Origin: a virus
Lineage: Duplodnaviria > Heunggongvirae > Uroviricota > Caudoviricetes
Direction: 5' to 3' (one strand)
Virus record (IMG/VR): IMGVR_UViG_2537561980_000013
Length of the DNA stretch: 19,318 bases
Position 1 is the first letter of the stretch. The number at the start of each line of letters is the position of its first letter. The notes beneath the pieces are model-generated. The model was not told the origin of the DNA. It saw only the letters and a program-made list of their open reading frames with translations, and made no database searches. The position numbers and the translations under genes were made by a program. Of the stretch, positions 1 to 7,155 are shown piece after piece.

Positions 1-387
1 CCATTCAGCGCTGCCGCCCCCGGGCGCACTGATTGCTGTTCCATCGACAAGACGCAATCTCTTTCCGCTTGTACAACCCGTAACTGCGGCGCGTACAGCA
101 AGTGTTTGTGCGGCAAGTATGCCAAACCAGTCGGCGGCATTCCGCAGCCGCTTCAGGAGAGCCACGTCAGATAATGTTGCAACGTCATGGAGCTGAGCCC
201 ATGCAGTGACTTCACGTAATGACATCCCCCCGGGGCCGTAAGCCAGCCCCAGACGTAGCAGAGTTGCAGCATCACGAATTTCGCGGCGGCGGGTTAGAGC
301 CCCGGCATTACGTGCCGAAGTATCCAGTTCTTCGGGCTTACCAATATGGGCCAGAATTGCTGACCAGTTATCGTGAGAGTAATTCAT
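1..387 (-). CDS. insL: IS186/IS4-family transposase, N-terminal 129 codons (C-terminus outside window)
   Basis: Manual minus-strand translation from the ATG at 387-385 gives MNYSHDNWSAILAHIGKPEELDTSARNAGALTRRREIRDAATLLRLGLAYGPGG..., matching my recollection of the IS186 transposase N-terminus. Not in the ORF track because the reading frame is open to the window edge. Confidence 0.8.
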   Translation of the reverse strand, partial: MNYSHDNWSAILAHIGKPEELDTSARNAGALTRRREIRDAATLLRLGLAYGPGGMSLREVTAWAQLHDVATLSDVALLKRLRNAADWFGILAAQTLAVRAAVTGCTSGKRLRLVDGTAISAPGGGSAEW

Positions 388-442
388 CGGCACGTTAAAT
401 CATATCAGGCGTAATACCACAACCCTTAAGTTAGCGCTTATG
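1..442 (-). mobile_element. IS186-like (IS4 family) insertion sequence, partial; transposase-start-proximal end
   Basis: Reverse complement of 420-442 is CATAAGCGCTAACTTAAGGGTTG, which I recall as the IS186 terminal inverted repeat. The element runs off the 5' edge of the window. Confidence 0.75.
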
Positions 443-464
443 GGATCTCTCCCCGCCAGGTCTC

Positions 465-620
465 TTACCTTTCAGATTCGTAGGCTGTGAAGACAGTGAC
501 CTCCGTCTGGCCGGTTCGGATTCGTACCTCGCAGAGGTCTTTCCTCGTTACCAGTGCCGTCACAATGACGGTTAAACAGATGACGATCAGAGCGATTAAT
601 ATCGCTTTATGCTGCTTCAT
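465..620 (-). CDS. hok: Hok/Gef-family type I toxin (51 aa, single TM helix)
   Basis: Manual translation gives MKQHKAILIALIVICLTVIVTALVTRKDLCEVRIRTGQTEVTVFTAYESER, a near match to recalled HokD/RelF and HokC/Gef. AAGGAG RBS 8 nt upstream; TAA stop at 467-465. Too short for the ORF track. Confidence 0.85.
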   Translation of the reverse strand: MKQHKAILIALIVICLTVIVTALVTRKDLCEVRIRTGQTEVTVFTAYESER

Positions 621-742
621 AGCCTGCTTCTCCTTGACCTTTTGGTCGGTAAGAGGCTAATCTACGTATGCTAAGCATAGATATGGCCTCAGATTAATGT
701 TAAGCGTCTTGCAGGACGCGTAATGTTATCTGGGGCTTTCTT

Positions 743-777
743 CTATCTGCTTTTCGGGTAATGCCTGAAGCAGATAG
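743..777. promoter_or_regulatory. Perfect 10-bp inverted repeat (CTATCTGCTT / AAGCAGATAG, 15-nt loop) in the presumed hok mRNA leader / sok region
   Basis: Read directly from the sequence. No flanking U-tract on either strand, so probably an RNA structural element or operator rather than a terminator. Confidence 0.3.
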
Positions 778-801
778 CCTCAAGCACCCGCAACGATTGT
801 A

Positions 802-1047
802 TCAATGTCTGGCTTTTTTTCTATAGAAATCACCTGGAAGGGTGAATATCCACATCAGAAGAAATGTTGCAGCAAACATGATCCCTAATGGCCAGACCGC
901 GCCAAAGAAAATCCATACTAAGATCTCCTCTGCTTGTTCTTTGCGGTCGATATCGACAAGCATTTTTCGGCTGATCATGTATACACAGAAGCCAATACAA
1001 ACATATCCTGCAAAAGCGATCGCTAACTGTAAAAAATCAGATTGCAT
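802..1047 (-). CDS. Small inner-membrane protein, two predicted TM helices, charged C-terminus (81 aa from internal ATG; track ORF extends to 1128)
   Basis: ORF track 802..1128. The ATG at 1047 has a GAGG RBS 9 nt upstream and avoids overlap with the upstream gene; the ATG at 1128 has no RBS. Hydrophobic stretches FLQLAIAFAGYVCIGFCVYMI and ILVWIFFGAVWPLGIMFAATFLLMWIFTL. Confidence 0.45.
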   Translation of the reverse strand: MQSDFLQLAIAFAGYVCIGFCVYMISRKMLVDIDRKEQAEEILVWIFFGAVWPLGIMFAATFLLMWIFTLPGDFYRKKARH

Positions 1048-1097
1048 CTCCGACCTCAAACCGAAAACGCCAGGTGACTCCAGATTAGAGCAATCTA

Positions 1098-1367
1098 TCA
1101 CCCTCTGAATCCTGCCGGTATACCCCATTGTTCGTTATCTTTATTTTTGGCTAAAACCGCATTAAGAGCTTCGTTTACCGTCATGCAATGCGGCAGATTA
1201 TCGAAGTTTGATATCCCGCCAATATCAGGAGAACGCTTGTCCTTCAGGTAAGCATATTTCCGCGCTGCCGCCTCTACTTTCTGCTTGAACTCATGTTTTT
1301 GAGCGCGTTTTTTGGATAACCGCAGATTGTCAGCCTTTGCTTTTGCCTCAGCGATCCATGAAGTCAA
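1098..1367 (-). CDS. Hypothetical basic/helical protein (89 aa)
   Basis: ORF track. Start overlaps the stop of the upstream gene by 4 nt (translational coupling). No family recognised. Confidence 0.45.
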   Translation of the reverse strand: MTSWIAEAKAKADNLRLSKKRAQKHEFKQKVEAAARKYAYLKDKRSPDIGGISNFDNLPHCMTVNEALNAVLAKNKDNEQWGIPAGFRG

Positions 1368-1942
1368 TTTTTTGAGTCTGGTCGTTCCGGCACCGCCGGA
1401 AACTGATCTTTTTGTTTTTTAACTTGTGACTTCTTATTCTTTATTGCCACGTCATCCTGACAGGGGGAGGGGGTATCATTTTGACATGGGGGTGTGGATA
1501 AAAAATTAAATAAAGCCAATGTCTTAGCGAGAACAGCTTTAACCTTGGTTGCCGCTGAAGAGATCTTTAATTTGCTTTCAATCAGCGCATTTTTGGCTTG
1601 TTGTGCGAAGGCCAAAAAGGATGGTGTAAACCGGTACAGGTTAGCGCGACGTTCACGGTGATCGCCGATAACAATCTCTACAGACAGGATTCCTTTGTTT
1701 ACAGCTTCACGGAATGCACGAACGACGGTTGATTGGCTATAACCAGTTTCTGCCGCGATCAGGCGGTGAGGCTTGTGAATGAAGTATTCACTGGTTGTTG
1801 CCGCGAGATTTGCACATTGCGACAAGATATGCCCGGCGCTACGGGATAGACCGGAGTGTGTTACAAAGCAGGCCAATTCATAGCCAGAAAAAGTAAAATC
1901 GCTCATCGTTATACAGCTCAGGAAAGTGACTTTAGCCAGCAT
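1364..1942 (-). CDS. Putative winged-HTH DNA-binding protein (regulator or replication-initiator-like); start uncertain (1942 or 1906)
   Basis: ORF track. Segment LIAAETGYSQSTVVRAFREAVNKGIL resembles a helix-turn-helix; C-terminal region is Lys/Ser/Pro-rich. Neither candidate start has a strong RBS. Confidence 0.5.
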   Translation of the reverse strand: MLAKVTFLSCITMSDFTFSGYELACFVTHSGLSRSAGHILSQCANLAATTSEYFIHKPHRLIAAETGYSQSTVVRAFREAVNKGILSVEIVIGDHRERRANLYRFTPSFLAFAQQAKNALIESKLKISSAATKVKAVLAKTLALFNFLSTPPCQNDTPSPCQDDVAIKNKKSQVKKQKDQFPAVPERPDSKN

Positions 1943-1971
1943 TACAATGCTGGTGGTTCTTACTACGTCTG

Positions 1972-2772
1972 TTAGCGCGTCGCCGCGACAGGCACCAGCA
2001 CACCAGCATCAAGCAATCGCTTCATAAGCCACTGCTGACCTTTGCCGGTTATACGAGTCGTGAAAGAAATCCTGCTTCCATTGCTTGTATCGATCACGGT
2101 TTCTTTAAGGGTGAAATACCCACGGGATATGTATTCTTGTTTGGGGACGTTCCTGCGTTCACCGGTTGCGATCAGAATTCCGTTATCACGCAACCAGGTG
2201 AAGAGATAGTTTTGGCCCAGGCCGAGCACTTTGGCATAGTTGCCGATTAGAACCCCGCTGGCGGTAGCAACGCGTTCGGCGAATTCGACTTTAGGTGCAT
2301 CCATAAGCATTTTTTGCTCCAGCCGTTGCTTTTGCTCTGCCAGGTCGGCAGCCAAACGGAGAGCTTCAGGGAGACTCTGCGGAATAGCAGGTTGTAATCT
2401 TCCAGCTCGATAGTCGATAAATGTCTGGTTTACCTTCAGCCGAAACGCGGGAGAAATCCAGCCTGCGTACTCCACAGCGAGCAATTCATGGGCAAAAGTG
2501 CCGCCGCCACGGCCTTCGAACGAAACTATGCAATTCTGCATAGTTTCTTTTTCAAGCTCTTCGATGAGCTGTTTAGCTGACAGCGTTCTTAGCCATTGAG
2601 CTGGCGCTTTATGGGCACCGAGTCCGCTCGCTCTGTGTAGAGCATTAAGGTTGTAACGGCCAGCGCGGTCGGTCGTAATTTCAACACCACAAATAACGGG
2701 CAGAGTGGTTGAAGGATCGACATTTTGATGAAGGTTTGATATATTCATATCCGCATTGAATGTTTGTTGCAT
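1972..2772 (-). CDS. Phage anti-repressor, KilA-N N-terminal domain plus KilAC/ANT C-terminal domain
   Basis: ORF track. N-terminus (YNLNALHRASG...WLRT...AVEYAGWISPAFRLKV) has the KilA-N pattern; C-terminus (LPEALRLAADLAEQK...GNYAKVLGLGQNYLFTWLRDNGIL...GKGQQWLMKRLLDAG) has the ANT pattern. GGAGA RBS upstream. Confidence 0.8.
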   Translation of the reverse strand: MQQTFNADMNISNLHQNVDPSTTLPVICGVEITTDRAGRYNLNALHRASGLGAHKAPAQWLRTLSAKQLIEELEKETMQNCIVSFEGRGGGTFAHELLAVEYAGWISPAFRLKVNQTFIDYRAGRLQPAIPQSLPEALRLAADLAEQKQRLEQKMLMDAPKVEFAERVATASGVLIGNYAKVLGLGQNYLFTWLRDNGILIATGERRNVPKQEYISRGYFTLKETVIDTSNGSRISFTTRITGKGQQWLMKRLLDAGVLVPVAATR

Positions 2773-2830
2773 TTTTTCTCCAAATTTGCATCAACCTTCA
2801 ATCACCAGCTCGAAATGGTGATTCTTTGCA

Positions 2831-2860
2831 CTTAGAAAACGAAATTTATTAGAGCAAATT
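2831..2860. promoter_or_regulatory. Conserved element copy 1 (CTTAGAAAACGAAATTTATTAGAGCAAAT), upstream of the 1972-2772 anti-repressor gene
   Basis: 15-nt core AAATTTATTAGAGCA is identical to 4510-4524, with similar flanks; read directly. Confidence 0.4.
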
Positions 2861-2903
2861 TTTCTGACTCGATCCAGATCGGGTTGGACGATCTGCTCAG
2901 AAA

Positions 2904-2934
2904 CCTGCCAGTTTGCTGGCAGGTTTTTTCTTTT
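2904..2934. terminator. GC hairpin (CCTGCCAG-tttg-CTGGCAGG) followed by TTTTTTCTTTT on the plus strand; possible bidirectional terminator
   Basis: Read directly. The strong T-tract is on the plus strand, while the adjacent stop codon (2936) belongs to a minus-strand gene. Confidence 0.5.
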
Positions 2935-2935
2935 G

Positions 2936-3979
2936 TTAACCTATTGCTACTGGTTTTAACAAACCAGCATCAAGTAGCTTGCGAGTTAACCACTGCTGGC
3001 CTTTACCCGTTAATTGGGGCGTCAGCCGTATCTGGTAGCCATTTTCATCATCCAGCACCACTTCTTTCACCGTGAAATACCCGGCGTTGATGTACTGTTG
3101 GCGCGGTACGTTTTTGCGCGCACCAAAAGCCATGAGAATGCCGTTCTGGCGCAACCATGAGAAAAGGGCGTTTTGCTTAAGTCCAACGACCTTTGCAAAG
3201 TTCCCGATCAGGATTCCATTAGCCGCTGATACCCGGTCGGCAAAATCGACTTTAGGGGCTGCGGCCACCAGCTGTTGTTCCAACTGCATTTTCTGTTCTG
3301 CCAACTCGGCAGCCAGGCGTAGAGCGTCTGGTAATGTTTGGGGGATCGATGGGGCAGGGGAGTTTGCCTGCTGCAATTCTTCCAGTTTGTCGATCAGCGA
3401 ACGGCGGACTGCTTTTGACTCGCGCGCGGCGACTCGCAGGGCTTGTTTGTAGGTCATGGTTATGACAACCATAGGCGTACCGCCACCTGGCGGCACGGTT
3501 GCACTTTTTGTGTAACCGTCCTCACCTTCTAATTCGTCGAGTATTTTTTTGATGAATTTGTTGTTCCGAACCTCTGGTTCCCCACATAACTTACGCGCTT
3601 CATTGACCATCTTTAACAGCGTCTGGCTGTCGATTGTGTCTCCAGTGTTGGAGATAACATTCACAGCTGGTGATGGCGTAGCTGAAGCAACAGATGCTGG
3701 TTTTTTAACATTCAAATTATTACTGGTCATTCTATGTGCCTCCTTTCTCATTTCTGCTGCCACCGTTGCGTAACGTAGACGTCCTTGTTCAATCAAATAA
3801 TCCCTGATCTCGGCTATCAGTAGCCTGTTGATCACAGCCTTATCTGTTCGGGTATAAAAACGTCTGGTTATCATGAAATAGTTGGCAATTGCGCCGGGGA
3901 TCTCCCGTGTCGGCATACAGGCAGTATGCAGGGCGATCGCTTCGGCTATGTCATTACGGGTGACGAGAGGTTTTTTCAT
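2936..3979 (-). CDS. Phage anti-repressor paralog with KilAC/ANT C-terminal domain and a distinct N-terminal region
   Basis: ORF track. C-terminal ~130 aa closely parallel those of the 1972-2772 product (LPDALRLAAELAEQK...GNFAKVVGLKQNALFSWLRQNGIL...GKGQQWLTRKLLDAG). AGGGGG RBS upstream. Confidence 0.75.
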   Translation of the reverse strand: MKKPLVTRNDIAEAIALHTACMPTREIPGAIANYFMITRRFYTRTDKAVINRLLIAEIRDYLIEQGRLRYATVAAEMRKEAHRMTSNNLNVKKPASVASATPSPAVNVISNTGDTIDSQTLLKMVNEARKLCGEPEVRNNKFIKKILDELEGEDGYTKSATVPPGGGTPMVVITMTYKQALRVAARESKAVRRSLIDKLEELQQANSPAPSIPQTLPDALRLAAELAEQKMQLEQQLVAAAPKVDFADRVSAANGILIGNFAKVVGLKQNALFSWLRQNGILMAFGARKNVPRQQYINAGYFTVKEVVLDDENGYQIRLTPQLTGKGQQWLTRKLLDAGLLKPVAIG

Positions 3980-4197
3980 AAAACCCCCTGAACGTCGGCA
4001 GAGAAGGGGAGGTTCCAGTAACTAAGTGAATTGCGCGAGTTAGTTGAAAAACGGGCAGTAAAAATGCAGGGGCCATCAGGCAATTGAGAGCGTGCTTCGT
4101 CTTCTGTTGCTGCGATGACGAAGTGATAGTGGTGTTTTTTGCAGGAATAGAAACGCCAGATGAATTCTTGGCGTGCGCAAGGATTGGCATTAACCAT
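3976..4197 (-). CDS. Small hypothetical protein (73 aa), translationally coupled to the downstream anti-repressor
   Basis: ORF track. GAGG RBS 8-9 nt upstream of the ATG at 4197; stop overlaps the next start by 4 nt. Preferred over the alternative-frame ORF 3954..4190. Confidence 0.5.
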   Translation of the reverse strand: MVNANPCARQEFIWRFYSCKKHHYHFVIAATEDEARSQLPDGPCIFTARFSTNSRNSLSYWNLPFSADVQGVL

Positions 4198-4496
4198 AGT
4201 TACGGCCTCGTAAGTTGATAAACAACCTGCGACCCGCTGCTAAACAGGTGGCAGGACGTGACGGGGTTAGCAGACTGGCACTTACGAAACCAGCAGGCCG
4301 AAGCCTCCCCATCACGCCCCACCATAATTCGGGCGTAACGTGGTTTACGGACACAAAAATACCGCAATATCGGAAATCTGCGGTTGTCCGCGTAAGTATT
4401 CAGGCTGCTAAACCCGGTCGCAGAATTTGCTACGACGGCGAAACTATAAGCCTGAACGATTAAAAGGTCAATATGATGCAAAAAGATAGCATTCGC

Positions 4497-4528
4497 GACT
4501 TAAAAATACAAATTTATTAGAGCAGATT
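4497..4528. promoter_or_regulatory. Conserved element copy 2 (CTTAAAAATACAAATTTATTAGAGCAGAT) at the head of the minus-strand anti-repressor operon
   Basis: Same 15-nt core as 2842-2856. A possible minus-strand -35 (TTGCAC, revcomp of 4535-4540) lies just outside it. Confidence 0.4.
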
Positions 4529-4558
4529 AGTGTCGTGCAATAGATATATTATTTGTGA

Positions 4559-4667
4559 TGAAAAATAATGCAGATGGATATTGTAACTTTAAGATGGATA
4601 TCAATAGTCGATACATAAATTAAGTTAGCAATAAACTATTAACTTAAGAAATAATGCAGATGGTGAA
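4559..4667. repeat. Direct repeats AAATAATGCAGATGG (4563-4577 and 4649-4663) in the AT-rich divergent intergenic region
   Basis: Read directly; TAAGTTAG also occurs twice (4621-4628, 4697-4704). Candidate operator sites. Confidence 0.4.
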
Positions 4668-4807
4668 CTTGTCTCTGACTTTTCAGCTATACACAATAAG
4701 TTAGGGATAGCTTATAAAAAGTTGATTAATTGATATAAGTCAATGGGAGTATTCTTGTTTACTTTCCGTTCTTGTGGTAACTTCTCGCCGGTTTTTGTTT
4801 TTCTGGG

Positions 4808-5329
4808 ATGATTCTTATGTCTAAAAAGTATACTTTATGCGCTCTTGTTGTATCTGCAATTCTTCTTTCTGGGTGTCAATCTAGCGGTGCTGATTATGCT
4901 GCCGATGTTTATGATACCGCTCAATTGAATTCGAAGCAGGAAACAAAGACAGTCAATATTATCTCTGTGCTTCCAGCTAAAGTGAAAGTTGATAATAAAG
5001 CTAATAAAGAAGCGGCACAGACATTTGGTGCGGTACTGGGAGCTGTTGCTGGGGGCGTTGCCGGTTATAATGTTAAAGGCACATCGACACTGGGTGCTGT
5101 AGCTGGCGGTACTGGTGGTGCGGCTCTTGGTGCAGCGGCTGGTTCTTTGGTTAGTGATAAAACAATTGTTGAAGGTGTTTCACTGACTTATAAAGAAGGA
5201 ACTAAGGTGTTCACTTCAACTCAAGTTGGTAAAGCATGCCAGTTTACAACGGGGCTTGCTGTGCTTATTTCAACTAAAGATAATGAAACTCGAATTCAGC
5301 CAAATGCTACTTGTCCAGAAAAGAAATAA
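4808..5329 (+). CDS. SlyB/PCP-like glycine-zipper outer-membrane lipoprotein (start 4808 or 4817)
   Basis: ORF track. Signal peptide with lipobox LLSGC; two glycine-zipper stretches (GAVLGAVAGGVAGY, GAVAGGTGGAALGAAAGS); overall architecture parallels recalled SlyB. AT-rich codon usage. Confidence 0.8.
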   Translation: MILMSKKYTLCALVVSAILLSGCQSSGADYAADVYDTAQLNSKQETKTVNIISVLPAKVKVDNKANKEAAQTFGAVLGAVAGGVAGYNVKGTSTLGAVAGGTGGAALGAAAGSLVSDKTIVEGVSLTYKEGTKVFTSTQVGKACQFTTGLAVLISTKDNETRIQPNATCPEKK

Positions 5330-5332
5330 TTT

Positions 5333-5872
5333 ATGAATAAAATTATTTTATTTCTAATCTTTTCTACGTTTAGTGTAGGCACTGCCTTGGCTAACTCGTT
5401 GCAAAGTCAAATTGCTGCTATTGCTCAAGCGGAAAATGAAGGGCGAGCTAAAGAGCAGCAAGCTGAGGATGCCAGAAAAGAACTTATTCGCCAACAAGCA
5501 CAAGCTGAACGTATTAGAAGAGAAAAAGCAGCATCTGCCGCTGCTGCACGCGAAAAACAGCGTGTTGCTGCAGAAAATGAACGTAGAGCGAAACGAGAAG
5601 CCGAGCTAGCAAATGACAAGAAGCGAGATCAAGCTTATGAGGATGAGCTTCGCAAGCTGCAACTCGAAAGCATGAAACTCGAACTGCAAGCAAAAGCGGC
5701 TCGTGTCCAGCGAGAAAACGATTTTATAGAGCAGGAGTTGAAGGAGAGAGCAGCTAAGACAGATGTAATTCAGTCTGAGGCTGATGCAAATAGAAATATT
5801 TCTACAGGAAGTAAAGATTTACTGCAAAGCGAAGGAAAAGCTAGAGAGAAGAAAGCTAGCAGTTGGTGGTAG
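5333..5872 (+). CDS. Secreted (signal-peptide) Ala/Glu/Arg/Lys-rich coiled-coil protein
   Basis: ORF track. N-terminal signal peptide (…FSVGTALA|NS), then ~150 aa of charged heptad-like sequence. Starts 3 nt after the lipoprotein stop (operon). Confidence 0.7.
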   Translation: MNKIILFLIFSTFSVGTALANSLQSQIAAIAQAENEGRAKEQQAEDARKELIRQQAQAERIRREKAASAAAAREKQRVAAENERRAKREAELANDKKRDQAYEDELRKLQLESMKLELQAKAARVQRENDFIEQELKERAAKTDVIQSEADANRNISTGSKDLLQSEGKAREKKASSWW

Positions 5873-5911
5873 TAATCACTACGATTGCGAGCATACTGTC
5901 ACAAATGACAA

Positions 5912-6519
<608 letters not shown>

Positions 6520-6529
6520 GAGGGCTGAT

Positions 6530-7141
6530 ATGGGGTTTAATGTTGCTTCAGTAAAGTCTTATGTATCTTCGGCATTAACGACGACATTATTTGGCTCCGG
6601 CGTTGGTGAACGGGAAGTTGGTAAGCTGACGTCAATCATCATGAACAAAATGCTGTTCGCGCAAGGATGGCAGTTCTCTGTCGAAGTTGATGGACTGGAG
6701 GGGGCAGACTTCTTTGCCAAAGATATTACCTACCACGATTACAGCATCGAATATGAAACGATTAAAATCGGCGGAGGGAATATCCTTCAACCAACGGAGC
6801 GTTCGCCTGGGCAGATAACAATGATGGTCAGGGATACCGTTGATGGCCTCGTTTTGGACTGGTTTAAGACGGCAAAAAGTCGGGTGATCAATCCGGACGG
6901 TACCGGGAATATACCGTCTAAATATTTGCTCAATGTGCGTATTTATCGGTTGCTGTCTTCCGGCTTAACCAAACTGGAAAATGAGATGACGGTATTCCCG
7001 GTCACTACCGGCGATGTCACCTATGCGCGAGATCAGGTTACTGAATTTAAGTCATTCCCAATGACCTTCGCATTGCACAGCACGTTTAACCAATCCTCAA
7101 GTTCTTTGGCTTCCCTTCTGGGCTTTAGCTTTTCTCTTTGA
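6530..7141 (+). CDS. Putative major tail / tail tube protein
   Basis: ORF track. GAGG RBS. Position upstream of chaperone and tape measure genes; motifs FSVEVDGLEG...IEYETIKIGGG...SPGQITMMVRD are reminiscent of tube proteins. Weak assignment. Confidence 0.5.
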   Translation: MGFNVASVKSYVSSALTTTLFGSGVGEREVGKLTSIIMNKMLFAQGWQFSVEVDGLEGADFFAKDITYHDYSIEYETIKIGGGNILQPTERSPGQITMMVRDTVDGLVLDWFKTAKSRVINPDGTGNIPSKYLLNVRIYRLLSSGLTKLENEMTVFPVTTGDVTYARDQVTEFKSFPMTFALHSTFNQSSSSLASLLGFSFSL

Positions 7142-7155
7142 ATTAAGGAGCAAGG

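Noticed and set aside
842-1108. Plus-strand ORF of 88 aa
   Set aside because: Lies entirely antisense to the better-supported minus-strand membrane-protein gene (802-1047/1128); no RBS and low-complexity translation. Treated as a shadow ORF.
2904-2934. Hairpin as a simple terminator of the minus-strand anti-repressor gene
   Set aside because: Not fully rejected, but the U-tract is strong only on the plus strand (TTTTTTCTTTT) and weak on the minus strand (TTTCTG). I therefore annotate it as bidirectional or plus-strand and raise the antisense RNA hypothesis rather than call it the minus-strand terminator.
3072-3773. Plus-strand ORFs 3072..3452 and 3549..3773
   Set aside because: Antisense to the anti-repressor gene 2936-3979, which has a strong RBS and recognisable domain content. 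Translations are Cys/Arg/Ala-rich and not protein-like.
3954-4190. Alternative-frame minus ORF of 78 aa
   Set aside because: Overlaps 3976..4197 in another frame. The latter has a GAGG RBS at correct spacing and a 4-nt stop/start overlap with the downstream gene, so it is preferred.
4200-4481. Track ORFs 4200..4481 (-) and 4215..4463 (+)
   Set aside because: Both begin with TTG and lack an RBS; neither has an in-frame ATG near the 5' end. Not called as genes; the region is flagged as a finding instead.
5412-5619. ORFs 5412..5609 (+) and 5425..5619 (-)
   Set aside because: Embedded in or antisense to the coiled-coil gene 5333-5872; they arise from the low-complexity repetitive coding sequence.
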